Assembly (NCBI GenBank): GCA_020137815.1
Contig: CM035350.1
Coordinates: 2,852,001 to 2,916,000 of the forward strand
Source of the DNA: Hormiphora californensis
Lineage: Eukaryota; Animalia; Ctenophora
Direction: 5' to 3'
DNA length: 64,000 nucleotides
Shown here piece by piece: positions 37,965 to 50,763 of the stretch. Positions within the stretch are counted from its first letter, which is position 1; each line of letters starts with the position of its first letter. The notes under the pieces were generated by a model. It was not told the origin of the DNA. It saw only the letters and a program-made list of their open reading frames with translations, and searched no databases. A program made the position numbers and the translations under genes.

Positions 37965-40912
37965 GGTTAAAACTGGCCACTGTTAACTGTTTCTCGTTGC
38001 GTAACAAGTTGTTAGATGTTTTATTGAGTATTTCTGACAGTGATATTGATGCAGTGTGTTTAAGCGAGACGTGGTTACACTTAGATGAGAGTGCTATTGA
38101 GAGAGAGACTAGAGAGCATGGCTACAAGTTGGTTAGCAGGCCGCGTGGCTCTAGAGGAGGTGGTGTCGCCATCCTCATGAGGAAATCCTTCCACCATGTT
38201 CAGGTAAAGCACTCATTTTCATCATTCGAGTGTGTGGAAACTCTCATCACTCAAAAGAGTTCCAATCCTACAGCTCAGGGAACCAAGTTCCAACCCCTCC
38301 GTCTTCTTGGCATCTATCGCCCTCCATCCAGCCCTATTTCTACCTTCTTCGATGAATTCGAGTCGTTGCTCCATGACCTTTCGGAACGACCTGGAGAGGT
38401 GGTTATTTCAGGTGATTTCAACATACATGTGCAAGATACCAGTTCCGGATCAACTAAAACCTTTCTCGGGCTTCTCGATGACCATCATTTTCATCAATTT
38501 GTTTCGGAACCTACTCATATAGCGGGTGGTACACTGGATTTGGTCCTTGCCAAGACCTTACCTGGTACTTCTCCCATCTCCAATATACAAGTGGATATGA
38601 TTCCTGCTGTACCTGATCATGCCCTGGTGTCATTCACCCTAGAAAATGGAGTTACAGCCCAGCGGAAGAAGTTTGTCTCGGTGAAGAAAAGAGACATGAA
38701 ATCACTGGATATTGAACAGCTAATATTCTCAATCCTACAGTCCCCTCTCTGTGACATAGAAAACTTTCCCTCGGAGGTGGAGGAACTTATTGAACTGTAT
38801 GATGAGATGTTGGCTGAGTTTCTCGATGAACTTGCCCCGGTCACTGAGATGATTGTCCCTGAAGATCCAGGCCCCAAGTGGTATAACACTGATTGTCAAG
38901 CTGCTAAACGTCGTAGGAGGAAAGCTGAACGACAGTATCTGGCCACGCTGTTGAAATCTGTGTGTCCTGAAAAACTGTGGGACAGTCTCCGAACTAAACG
39001 TGACGAGGCTAAAGCAGCAACCAAGTTTATCGTTGGAGTTAGGAATGGATATTATCGGGAGAAGCTTGATGAAGCCGATGGTGATATGCAGAAGTCTTAC
39101 AGAATCATGAATGGTCTGCTGGGAAAGGATGAAAATTCATCAGTACTTCCTGAATACACGGATCTTGACGAACTATGCCAGAGATTCATTGAATTCTTCC
39201 AAGAAAAAATCAACAAGATCTACACAGAAATTGAAGCAATGCGTGCTGACACCGAGGAAGCTTCTGGTCTTGAGGATGAAAATAGCCTGCCTAAGTTTGA
39301 CTCTTTCAGACCTGTAACCAGTGACGAGCTGGTGAAGATCATTCGTTCAATGAATTATAAAATCTGTGACCTCGATCCCATTCCTTCTAAGCTCGTTGGA
39401 ACCTGTATACACGAGCTGATCCCCATCATTAAAGCAATTGTCAACGGTAGTCTGGTCAACGGGGTATTTCCTTCTGTCCTCAAGAAAGCAGTTATCCGGC
39501 CTGTGTACAAGGGGAAAGGGTTAGACAGCAACGATGTTGGAAGCTACAGGCCTATCTCCAACCTCAGCTTCATCTCTAAAATCATCGAAAAGTGCGTTTC
39601 TTTACAATTGACGGAACACCTGGAAGAACACGAGCTGTTTGCTACAGTGCAGTCTGCCTACAGAAAGAAACACTCATGTGAAACGGCCACCCTGAAGATC
39701 TTTAATGATCTACTAGTGATGACTGACAAGAAAAGTAAGGCAGTACTCCTTCTACTTGATCTCTCTGCTGCCTTTGATACTGTTCCTCATACAATCCTTC
39801 TACGTCGCCTGCAGCACATGTATGGAGTCAGTGGAACAGCTCTCAAATGGTTCTCTTCTTATCTCGAAGGAAGGAAAGCTGTTGTCAAAATAGGTGATTC
39901 CCAGTCTGCTGAAGTAAGTGTATACATTGGAGTGCCCCAGGGATCCATCTTGGGGCCCCTTATGTTTATTCTGTTCACGAAAGACCTCGAGAATATTGCG
40001 GCCAAACATGGGATGAGGATTCACCTTTACGCAGACGACTCTCAGCTATATGTGAAGTTTACCAACAACAACTGGACACAAAATGAAGATCAGCTTCGAC
40101 AATGTTTCTCAGAAATCGAGCAATGGATGGCATCGAGTTATTTGAAACTCAACCCCTCCAAAACAGAACTACTGTTTATATCATCGCGGACTGACAAAAC
40201 TACAAATCCCATCGCTCATGATGAGTCTTTCTCTCTGCGTAGATCTGATCAACCGGCAACGTACATCAGTCCCTCGGAACAGGCAAGGAATTTAGGAGTT
40301 ATATTTGATGAAAGGCTCACCATGAAAGCCCATATCTCCAAGGTAGTCAGGGACTGCAACATGACCTTACACAACCTGAGGCGCATCGGCGACAAACTGT
40401 CAAAGAAAAACAAAGTCCAGCTGGTTCACTCCCTTATACACTCTCGCATAGACTACTGCAATGGCCTATTGATTGGAGCTGATAAAAGTGACATCACCCG
40501 CCTTCAAAAAGTGCAGAATGCAGCGACAAGATTCATCTTTGGAAGGTGGCAATGGAGAGGAGTTACAGAACTGAGAAAGCAGCTGCACTTTCTTCCTGTC
40601 ACAGCGAGAATTGACTACAAGATCTGTCTTATGGTTTTCAAGTGCATCAACAATCTAGCACCATCCTACCTACAGAGTCTAATACAAAGGCGGCAACTAA
40701 AGTGCAAATCACTGAGACATGATGATGATCCAACACTTCTCCAAAAAGACTTTTCCACTAAGTATAAAACTTCTCAGCGTGCTTTCCAAGTAGCAGGACC
40801 GAGACTGTGGAATGTCCTGCCTCAAACAATTCGAAGCTGCACAGATGAGTCACTCTTCAAATCGAAGCTGAAGACGCACCTCTTTGACAAGTCATACGGT
40901 CCTGCTGGCTGA
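37952..40912 (+). CDS. LINE ORF2 (APE endonuclease + reverse transcriptase)
   Basis: Open frame begins KPVGLKLATVNCFSLRNK, overlapping the ORF1 end in the -1 frame. Motifs LSETWL, IYRPP, GDFN, TLDL, PDH, SYRPIS, LDLSAAFDTV, GVPQGSILGP, YADD, SRIDYCN. Confidence 0.92.
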   Translation, partial: KKPVGLKLATVNCFSLRNKLLDVLLSISDSDIDAVCLSETWLHLDESAIERETREHGYKLVSRPRGSRGGGVAILMRKSFHHVQVKHSFSSFECVETLITQKSSNPTAQGTKFQPLRLLGIYRPPSSPISTFFDEFESLLHDLSERPGEVVISGDFNIHVQDTSSGSTKTFLGLLDDHHFHQFVSEPTHIAGGTLDLVLAKTLPGTSPISNIQVDMIPAVPDHALVSFTLENGVTAQRKKFVSVKKRDMKSLDIEQLIFSILQSPLCDIENFPSEVEELIELYDEMLAEFLDELAPVTEMIVPEDPGPKWYNTDCQAAKRRRRKAERQYLATLLKSVCPEKLWDSLRTKRDEAKAATKFIVGVRNGYYREKLDEADGDMQKSYRIMNGLLGKDENSSVLPEYTDLDELCQRFIEFFQEKINKIYTEIEAMRADTEEASGLEDENSLPKFDSFRPVTSDELVKIIRSMNYKICDLDPIPSKLVGTCIHELIPIIKAIVNGSLVNGVFPSVLKKAVIRPVYKGKGLDSNDVGSYRPISNLSFISKIIEKCVSLQLTEHLEEHELFATVQSAYRKKHSCETATLKIFNDLLVMTDKKSKAVLLLLDLSAAFDTVPHTILLRRLQHMYGVSGTALKWFSSYLEGRKAVVKIGDSQSAEVSVYIGVPQGSILGPLMFILFTKDLENIAAKHGMRIHLYADDSQLYVKFTNNNWTQNEDQLRQCFSEIEQWMASSYLKLNPSKTELLFISSRTDKTTNPIAHDESFSLRRSDQPATYISPSEQARNLGVIFDERLTMKAHISKVVRDCNMTLHNLRRIGDKLSKKNKVQLVHSLIHSRIDYCNGLLIGADKSDITRLQKVQNAATRFIFGRWQWRGVTELRKQLHFLPVTARIDYKICLMVFKCINNLAPSYLQSLIQRRQLKCKSLRHDDDPTLLQKDFSTKYKTSQRAFQVAGPRLWNVLPQTIRSCTDESLFKSKLKTHLFDKSYGPAG

Positions 40913-41489
40913 TTTGTAGCTTTGTTAGAAGAGAGATCTGTCTAGTCGCTGTCTGTCTTGTTTTACGTGTCTTGTTCTGTTCTGAGTTCCGAGTCTAGCC
41001 CCTTTTTATACTGAGCACAGTGAATTTTTTAACATATTTTCTTAACCAAGTAATCGTATAGCTTATCTACAACGTTATCTACTGAATTAACTATTAATCA
41101 TTAATCTACTACTTTTTATGATTGGAATTCTAAATTCTTCTTTTTAATTATAACTATTTTAATTAACTTATTCATACAGTCCCTCAGTGTGTACCCACCT
41201 TGATCTATCTACTGTTTCTGTATGGACTGCCGCATAAGAAGGCTGGCTTAAGAGCTCTGGCGTTTTAATTACGAGTTATTTTTTCTCTGTTTTTTGCGTT
41301 TATCTCTTAGCTATATTGAGTCAATTTGCGGGGTATCAAATGTAACAATTGAATTGAATTGATTGAATTGTTTAGTGTGTTCCTTTTGACCAAATTTTTA
41401 CACAGAAATTCCTGCTTTTTCTAAATTAAACATTCATAAATTGTGTAGCCACCAAAGAAAGAGCATAACACAAGATAAACAGAACTCAT

Positions 41490-42250
41490 ATGCTGTACGT
41501 TCTTTACGCCCTTGCTTTGTTCTGCCTGGAGCAAGTGGCAGGGAGAAGCGCTCTACGAAATCAGAGGACAGATTATAATCAACGGTGATCCCGGTTGGCA
41601 AAGCAGAACGGTAATTTCTGCGAATTCTGGGGAATATCTTGGTTATGCACAGCAAAACGGATCTTTTGTGATACCAAATATAAAGCCAGGTAAGACCACA
41701 TTACGACATTATTCCCGTTTTTTGCTCACTGGAATCGAGTGTTATATAATAATTATCCGCCAATTTGACGGAGAATCTTTCTAACATCCTTTCCCCAGGA
41801 AGCTATATTGTGGAGGTGCTTCATCCCAACTTCATGATCGCACCTGTGCGGGTGGAAATCAGTAGCAAATCAAGTGGTAGAATACGTGCCCGTAAGGTGG
41901 ATTATGTTCAACCAAACGAAGTTGTGCTGGTCAAGTATCCATTGCTGTTCCGTGTCGGAGAAAAGACTAACTTTTTCGAAAAACGAGAAACATGGCATAT
42001 CACTGATATTCTGAAAAGCCCCATGGTCCCCATGCTCGTCTTACCAGTATTCTTTATGTTGATCCTACCCAAACTGAAAGACATGCAAGATCCAGACACC
42101 AAGAAAGAGATCGAGGATGCCAGCAAAATGATGCAAAACCCTCAAATGCCTGACATGAGTGATATGCTAACCTCGCTATTTGGGGGCACTAAAAAACCCA
42201 AAAAGTCAATAACAAGTGGTAGTGGTGGTGGTGGTAGGGGAAGACGCTAA
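41490..42250 (+). CDS. EMC7: ER membrane protein complex subunit 7
   Basis: Exons 41490-41689 and 41799-42250 (GT-AG intron). Signal peptide, GSFVIPNIKPGSYIVEV, PVRVEI, F.KRE.W...D.LK.PMV TM motif. One +1 frameshift near 41542. Confidence 0.88.
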
Positions 42251-42492
42251 GACTCTGTGAGTGTGAAAACTACTTTGTGTATGCTTTCTCCCTCTTTAAT
42301 TTAAATCTATTTTTTTTGTGTGCGACAGGGATCTGTATTTAATTACTGTGTGTTAAAGAGCTGTTGATTTAAACCGTGATATAAGCATTCTGTGATTTTT
42401 GCTGCTTTAATCCACAACAATCTGCGTACAATATTTCTTGCTTACCCCTCCCTCACACTCCCCCTCTTTCTCTCCTTTAGGCTAATGCTGGT

Positions 42493-44712
42493 ATGTCCGG
42501 AGAATATTTGCAGCCCCTGCACACTCTCCAACCGCTCGAGTTTGAGGATTGCCTCACAGATAGTCCCCTGTTTCGGGAGAATCTGAAGAGCCATGAAAAA
42601 GAAATCGACAGTACAGCTCACTCTTTAAAACACCTCAGTGCCGAGCTGAAGAGACTGGTTGGGTTGGAGGAAGAGCTATCCAAGTTTCACCGGCATTTTG
42701 CAAACACTGTCGCAGAGTTAAACTTCAAGCCGATTGGTGTGTCGACTGAGGATGAAACTGAGATCGGGGAAGCCTTTCAAAAGTTCAGTACGACTATTGA
42801 CGCCATCGAGGAACAGCGGGAACGGTGTCTCAGCAGTCGAAGTAACAGCGCTATGAAGCGGCTGGAGATATTCAGGAAACAGGACATAGCCAGTTGTAAG
42901 GATGCGAGGAAGAAGTTTCACTCCCAGACTGATAAATCTTGTTCAATGTTGGAGAAATCCCTCGCCAGTAAAAGGAACCAGAAAGGAATTGATGATTTGG
43001 ATTCGCAGTGTTATGATGAGCGGAAGAGGTTGTTCGAGGGCAGTCTCGAGTACGTTTGGTTGCTCCATGAAGTCCAGGAGAAAAAGAAGTTTGAGGTTTG
43101 CGAGGCCATTCTCCAGATTATGCTTTCCCTAAAAACATTTTATCACATGGGATTCGAAATGTTCAAGGAACTCCAACCCTACCACAATGACCTTGCAAAG
43201 CGCCTTCAGAACCTTCGTGATACATTTGACGATGAGAAGATCCGAAGTGAAAAGTTAAAAGAGCGGGTTTCCAAAAAGTTAACCCTCGGCAGTACGTCTT
43301 CCTCTCCTGACACCCGACAGGGATACCTATTTTCCAAAGAAAAGACGGCCGTTGGATTTGGACACTCTTGGTCGAAGATGTTCTGTGAGTACAAGAGAAA
43401 ACCCAAAACCCTGACGGTGACACCATACAACCAGACCGCAGGAAAGATGGGAACCCCGGAGGATATTAATGTTGCCAGTGTTGTAAAGAAACGATCCGAG
43501 GAGCTGCCCCGGAGATTCTGTTTTGAGGTGAAGTCAGCAGATGACAAAGTGTGGACTCTCCAGGCCCTTTCTGAGACGGATCTGAAGAACTGGATGGAGA
43601 TCATGGAGGGCAAGGAGCCGAGTTACAGTGAGCCAATGCAGACTGCCAAGCTGCAGGTACCTCCGGATACGGGTATTGAGTTTGTGAAACTATGCATCAA
43701 GAGGATGGGAGAACTTGGCCTTAGGGAGCAGGGAATTTACCGGGTTAGCGGGGCACAAACGAAGGTGAACAAGCTCATTGCCATTACATTTGAGGAAAAG
43801 AAGACGGCAGCTGTGATGGAAATCGATGATATAAAAGTGATCGCGTCTGCTCTCAAAATGTATTTCAGAGAGATTCTTCCTGAACCGCTGCTCACCTTCA
43901 AACTGCATGAATCATTCCTGGAAGCAATGAAAACAGAGGACCGTCATCAGAGGATTAAAAACCTAACGAATGTGGTGTCTGCTCTGCCTAAAACTAACTA
44001 TGACTGTCTGAAGATCCTTATAAAACATCTGAACGATGTGGCCGCCCTCAAGGAGGATAATCTCATGCAGGAGAGCAATTTGGGAGTTGTGTTCGGACCA
44101 ACTCTAATGAGACCGAGGGAGGAGACTGTTGCTAGTATTTTCATGATCAAACATCAGAATTCACTGGTTGAAAACCTGATTATCGAGTACGATGCAATCT
44201 TCCAGGGAGGGGAAATGAACAAGATATACAGTTCAATGGTTCAAACTCGGAACTCCGCACGCCTGACTAAGAGACCGAACTTCAAACAAAAAGCAGCGCC
44301 CACCCCGCCCTCTGCCAAAACGACGGGTTCAACAACAACAGGCGGTACTTCCAACAACGTCAATCCATTCGATAGTTCGGACGAGGATCTCAGTCCAGTT
44401 GGTGGAGGACCCGCAGCAAGTCAACCTCATCACTACGTCAACCGGGGTCCGTGGCCTCCACCCTCCGCTTCCTCATCCACCAATCCGCCTGTTAAACCGA
44501 TCAAAACAATGCCCGGCAAAAGTATAATCTAACAGCAACGGTAATATACGAATGTATAGCGGATGAGCCGGACGAACTGTCATTTAAGGTGGGGGACATT
44601 ATCACTAATATCCGGGAGGCCGAGGAGGAGGGCTGGGTAACAGGGACGTGTCGGGGTAAAACGGGGCCTTGTTCCTCGAAACCATTTAAATTTACCCAAA
44701 AGTAATGTATAG
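42493..44712 (+). CDS. GRAF/oligophrenin-family RhoGAP (BAR-PH-RhoGAP-SH3; ARHGAP10/26/42-like), intronless CDS
   Basis: LQPLEFEDCLTDSPLFRENL BAR start, PH (RRFCFEV), RhoGAP (QGIYRVSG, LPEPLLTF, NLGVVFGPTLMRP). The SH3 (YECIADEPDELSFKVGDII...EGWVTG) is read in a shifted frame at 44520-44712; +1 shifts near 44520 and 44665. Confidence 0.9.
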
Positions 44713-46167
44713 CGTACATGTTGTTTATGTTTTCACACATTTGAAGAGTGCCCTGTGTTGTTGATTGCGCCCCCACACATTTTTACATCGTGGTTATGTG
44801 TCATTTTGTTTCTATGTTGATTTAAAATTTTTGATAGTTTGAGGTATTTTGTGCCATACACATTACACACAATTAGCTACAACTCGAGTATTGTACTACC
44901 ACACATATTATCCACGCGTAGTCTGGAGCTGAAGTTAAAATGAGAATGAGAGAGAGAGAAAATGCAATGTTTGCAAAATATGATTAAAAAAGAAAAATGC
45001 TGCTCCTAGATGTGCTGTAAGAGTTTTTGTAGTAGCATAAAATGCAATATGTGTGGGTGTTTGTAGGTTTGTAACACCTTTTTATTGTCTAAGAATTGCT
45101 AAATAATAACTGGAGAAAGGCCTGTTTTGTTGGGCGAGAGGAGTGTTTAGCGAGTGAGTATATAATATCCCGTAATGGTGTGTTGATGAGAGAGAGAGCG
45201 AGAAAGAGAGAGAGAGAGAGCGAGAAAGAGAGAGAGCGAGAATAAGAGAAGAGGAAGTGAAATACTTGTGTTAGTCAGGCTGAGCGTGTGTGTGTACGAC
45301 AAAAGCTTGTTAGTTACATACAAACCAGCCCTGACCGCAGTGGGTTATTTTTGCTTTCTATCTTCCCTCATTACGTGAGGTGGGCGTTATTTGTCGTCAA
45401 GCAAAAGGAGAGAAAGGTAGAGAGAGGGAAAGAAAGAGAGAGATAAAGAGAGGGAAAGAAAGAGAGAGATAAAGAGAGAAATGTTTCTTTCCCATGAGGA
45501 TGAATTTGGAATATTTTCTGGATATATAGGCTCGGCTGTGACTGGCTAGATAGAGAGAATGAGTGAGAGAATGAGAGAGAAAGAAAGAAATAGAGTTAGA
45601 GAGAGAGTGAAAAAGTGGGATACTGACCATGTAATGATGATAATTCTCTTTTTATTTCGAGAAGTGTGTGAGTTCAGCCAATGTGCATCAGTCGTGGATA
45701 TACTGAATATTGATACACTGTTCTAAGAACTTTTAAAAATATAAGTGTTTTACTACATGTCCCGGGTCCTCTCTCTCTCTCTCTCTCTCTCTCTGCAGTG
45801 CCCACTGCCCACCCTCCCCTCCCCTTCCCATTCCCGCTCCTTTAATTCTTCGTTTCTGACTCCCAATATCTCTCTCTCTCTCTCAAACTAACTAGGATGT
45901 GAGAGTCTCACCCAATATTTCCTAGTTTTGTTTGTCCTCTGGGCGTGTCAAGAACGTCACAAACCTATCAACAGCTTTCTAATGTCCTCGTGCCTAATTT
46001 TATACAGTTTAGATACAAATTGGCATGTTTGTATGTATGTTTATTGTTTGTGTGTATGTCTGTGTGTATATATCTGTCTGTGTGTGGTGGTTCTGCTTAG
46101 GACTGTGTTAGCACTGCACTGCACTATGTTACTCAATGTACAGTATTGTCCATTGATATCCTAGTAA

Positions 46168-47194
<1,027 letters not shown>

Positions 47195-47505
47195 CATGTT
47201 GATTGTGAGTGTTTTATTTTTATTGATCACCTTTCATTTTGAAATGCCCCAACTTTCTTTCTTTTTGTGTACCTCTGCCCACAGTGTATTCTAGGTCCGT
47301 CTGCTAATTGTGTTCTTCGGTGGTGTTCCAATACATGTAAGCCGGGTTTTTTGTGCAAGTTGGTTTCTAATTCCTACTCTCCGTTTGTTTGTTTAGTGTG
47401 TGTGTGTGTGTGTGTGCGTGTGTGTGTGTGAGGAAAGGAGTCATGTATGCTTGTTTATGTTTGAATGTATGACTTTACTCTAACCTCTCTCATTATCTCT
47501 TCCTC

Positions 47506-47603
<98 letters not shown>

Positions 47604-47891
47604 CACCACTCTTTATCGCGTTATCTATGTTTATTGACCTCCTATAATTGACCTCTTACAAAGGCATAATTAGTTCCTTGAAGACTATTTTTATCAGACC
47701 TGCAAATATAATTCGAACGCATTCCTCCAAATCACAGACGTGCGTTCTGTGATCAAACAAGTAGCACCTTCTGTCGATGTCTTTGTTGGGTAACATCCCC
47801 CTCTCCATATCCAACCTCCCCTCTTTCCATCTCTAATATTATAGTCTCCTTTACCTAAAATCCCTCTCTCTCTATTTCTAGGGGATTCTGT

Positions 47892-49187
47892 ATGAGTAGC
47901 CAACAGAAGGAAGCACTAAAGGAGAAGAAACTTGCCCAGGAGGCCCTGAAAACCTCATTTTTCGGCAACTGGAAACCAGACAATGACTCAGCGGCACATC
48001 ATTTTGAGAAGGCAGGCACCCTGTTCAAGGTAGCGAAATGCTGGCGTGAGTGTGTGGAGTGTTTTAGCGAGGCTGCAAAACATTACCAATCTGCCCGGGT
48101 ACCATTCAGCGCTGGCAAGTGTTTTCAGGGTGCTGCAGCTGGATGGAGAGAACTGGGGGACTTCACTAAATCACATTCCTGCCTAGTAACCGCTGGTGAG
48201 ATGTACGTTCAAAATGGGGCCTACCCCACTGCAGTGAGTTGTTACTCCAAGGGAGCTGAATCGATAGCACCTCACCTCCCTGCCCAGGCAGCGGAACTCT
48301 ATCTATCAGCTGCTGATATTGAGGCAACTAACGAGCGGCCCCGGGATGCGGTCCGTGCCCTGGTGGGTGCGAAGAAGCTCCTGGCAAAGGCCCAGGATTA
48401 CAAGGGTTGTATCAGGGTGGAGGAGAGGATTAGGGAGGTTTACAGTGGGATGGAGGGGTGTGAGGAACATATCAACAAATGTAACACCACCCTGGTTATT
48501 CTTCACCTAGCTAGGGGTGATACAGTGGGTGCACGGCAGTGTGGTGATGTCAGTAACTTAGCAGAGGATCTCATTTCTGCGGTCGAGGGAGGAGATGAGG
48601 AGGAGCTGAGGAAGGTGACGGGAAGGGGGGATGTGATCTATCTGGAGACTGAAATTGCTAAAATTGCAAAGAATTTAACACTCGATGGAGTTGAAATGCC
48701 GGCAGCAGGTGCTGTAACATCTAAAAAAGCACCTCCCGTGAAACAGAGTGTGAAGTTGAGTGCTGATAGAGATGCTCTCTTCTCCAGATCCAATGTTGAT
48801 AACAGGAACGAACTGTTTGGGTCAGGTAAAAAGAAAACCACAGCAGCGAGATCTCCTCCTCCTTCTCAACATGCACCAGTGGTGAAACCTGATCTGCAAC
48901 CTGATACCCCCTCCTCATCACATCATAATCCACTCAACCAGGACTCAAATCCCTTTAGTGCTGAGAGAGATCCTGCTGAGGGTAGATCAAATCCATTTGA
49001 CACTGAGCATTCTGCTGTTGTTGAGTCTGGCAACCCCTTCCCACCAGAGACTGATGCTGGCAACCCCTTCCCACCAGAGACTGAGTCTGGGAACCCATTC
49101 CCGGATGAAGGTCCCGGTAATCCCTTCGCAGCTCCCCCGGTGGGAGAGGGAAATCCATTTGATGAAGAGGAGGAAGATCTTTGTTAG
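47892..49187 (+). CDS. NAPG: Gamma-soluble NSF attachment protein with NPF-repeat C-terminal extension
   Basis: LKTSFFGNWKPDNDSAA N-terminus, TPR-like SNAP repeats, ILHLARGDTVGA, and an acidic C-terminus ending LC as in gamma-SNAPs. Confidence 0.85.
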   Translation: MSSQQKEALKEKKLAQEALKTSFFGNWKPDNDSAAHHFEKAGTLFKVAKCWRECVECFSEAAKHYQSARVPFSAGKCFQGAAAGWRELGDFTKSHSCLVTAGEMYVQNGAYPTAVSCYSKGAESIAPHLPAQAAELYLSAADIEATNERPRDAVRALVGAKKLLAKAQDYKGCIRVEERIREVYSGMEGCEEHINKCNTTLVILHLARGDTVGARQCGDVSNLAEDLISAVEGGDEEELRKVTGRGDVIYLETEIAKIAKNLTLDGVEMPAAGAVTSKKAPPVKQSVKLSADRDALFSRSNVDNRNELFGSGKKKTTAARSPPPSQHAPVVKPDLQPDTPSSSHHNPLNQDSNPFSAERDPAEGRSNPFDTEHSAVVESGNPFPPETDAGNPFPPETESGNPFPDEGPGNPFAAPPVGEGNPFDEEEEDLC

Positions 49188-49899
49188 GGATCTACATTGT
49201 TTTTTGTGAAGTTGAAAATTATTTTTGAATTGTTAGTGAGATAATCAAATCTATGTAATTACAGTTTGTTTCTGTTTGTTTGTGTGTACTGTGTAGTGCT
49301 AGGGAGTATCAAAGTGCAGCTGTGCTGTGTGGGATCAGGTTTTAATTACTTGTTGATGTGTAAATTATTCACTTCTCTCTCTCTCTCTCATCATCATTCC
49401 AGGTTCTTCTTTGCGCTGTAAAGGGGAATCGGGAAAGAAGAGACGAGACACGTTTATCATCTGTGTTTTTCTCATTCCTTTACAACCCCCGACTATATAA
49501 TATCTCTAAATTCCATCCTGACCGATCCTTTTTTCTGTAAAACAACCATCCCCTAAGATTTGTTCTACCCCTAAGATTTGATCTACCCCTAACACGGCCG
49601 CTTGTAGTGGGAATACGGTAATGGAAAACGGAGACACTGTATGAAGACGCGCAACCGTGGCCAATCGGCGCGTTAGTACGTGCTGACAAAAAGTACTTTT
49701 AACAGATTGTTGACAAAAGCCCTTGCGCGTTACGCAAATTCCGCGCAGATTACTGTATTTTGCGTTACCGTATTTTGACTGCAAGCAGCACTGTAAGATT
49801 CTACCTAGTTATTACACTACTAACCCCATGCAACTATTCTGTGTAGGGAATGTATCACTGAAGAGGAAGAGGTTGTAACGCACACACACACACACCAAC

Positions 49900-50763
49900 A
49901 TGTCGGGTCTAATGGACATCTCAAATGATGAAAAAGTACGAATAGCACGTGATTTTATCCGAGCTGCACCGGCCGGCGAATTCCGAGAGGTGGTCAATGA
50001 TGTCCGGGTCTTGTTGGGAGACGATGCTCTCCTTACCACTGCTAGTGATGTGTTTTACGAGCACGCCACGGAGCAGTTCTGTAGGGTAGATGTAGAGGGA
50101 TCCCCCGCCCTGGTTACCAAGGAGGGCAGTGTTGACGGTAGTAAGGTGTTCTATGATCCGGGAACAGACAAGAACTTCACCTACAAGTACCTGACGGGAG
50201 AGGCGACCAATATCGAACCAGGTACCCGGGATAACGGGGCTGAGAGCTGGAGAAAAGCACTGGAAGATGCCCTAGCGGTCTACCTCAAGGATAACTTCCC
50301 TGCTTTTGGAAGTGCTGTGTATGGGAAACTAGATGGCGACACGGTATCTCTAACTGTGGCCATCGAGAACCACAAGTACAACCCGGACAACTTTTATTGT
50401 GGAAAGTGGCAGAGCAAATGGAATGTTGAGTTTCCCACCTCGGGAGGGTTCGCCAAGGTGACGGGCGAGCTAAAGGTCCAGGTTCACTATTTTGAGGACG
50501 GCAATGTCCAGTTGCACACCAAGAAAACAACTGAAGAGAGTATCCAGGTGAGCAATCCTGAGGAGGGAGCGAAGAACGTAGTGGAGTTTATCGGCCGATC
50601 GGAGAAGGAATACCAACTGGGAATTAATGAGAATTACAGGGAAATGAGTGCCACGACCTTCAAATCTCTCCGCCGGGCCCTGCCCATCACGAAGAATCTG
50701 GTAGATTGGCACAAGCTACACAGTCTGAATATCGGCAGAGACCTTATGAATCGTACTACATAA
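49900..50763 (+). CDS. CAPZA: F-actin capping protein subunit alpha, intronless CDS
   Basis: EKVRIA..FI..AP.GEF.EV.NDVRVLL, NFYCGKW.S.W, KVQVHYFEDGNVQL, TTFKSLRRALPIT...DW. Confidence 0.96.
   Translation: MSGLMDISNDEKVRIARDFIRAAPAGEFREVVNDVRVLLGDDALLTTASDVFYEHATEQFCRVDVEGSPALVTKEGSVDGSKVFYDPGTDKNFTYKYLTGEATNIEPGTRDNGAESWRKALEDALAVYLKDNFPAFGSAVYGKLDGDTVSLTVAIENHKYNPDNFYCGKWQSKWNVEFPTSGGFAKVTGELKVQVHYFEDGNVQLHTKKTTEESIQVSNPEEGAKNVVEFIGRSEKEYQLGINENYREMSATTFKSLRRALPITKNLVDWHKLHSLNIGRDLMNRTT

Larger units (their letters stand above)
36744..41370 (+). mobile_element. Apparently intact L2/CR1-group LINE
   Basis: Two uninterrupted ORFs, an AT-rich 3' UTR and an (ATTGA)n tail at about 41348-41370. 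5' end not defined. Confidence 0.88.

Noticed and set aside
49480-49785. CCCCTAAGATTTG repeats ending TACGGTA between NAPG and CAPZA
   Set aside because: Likely a MITE fragment; boundaries could not be established.
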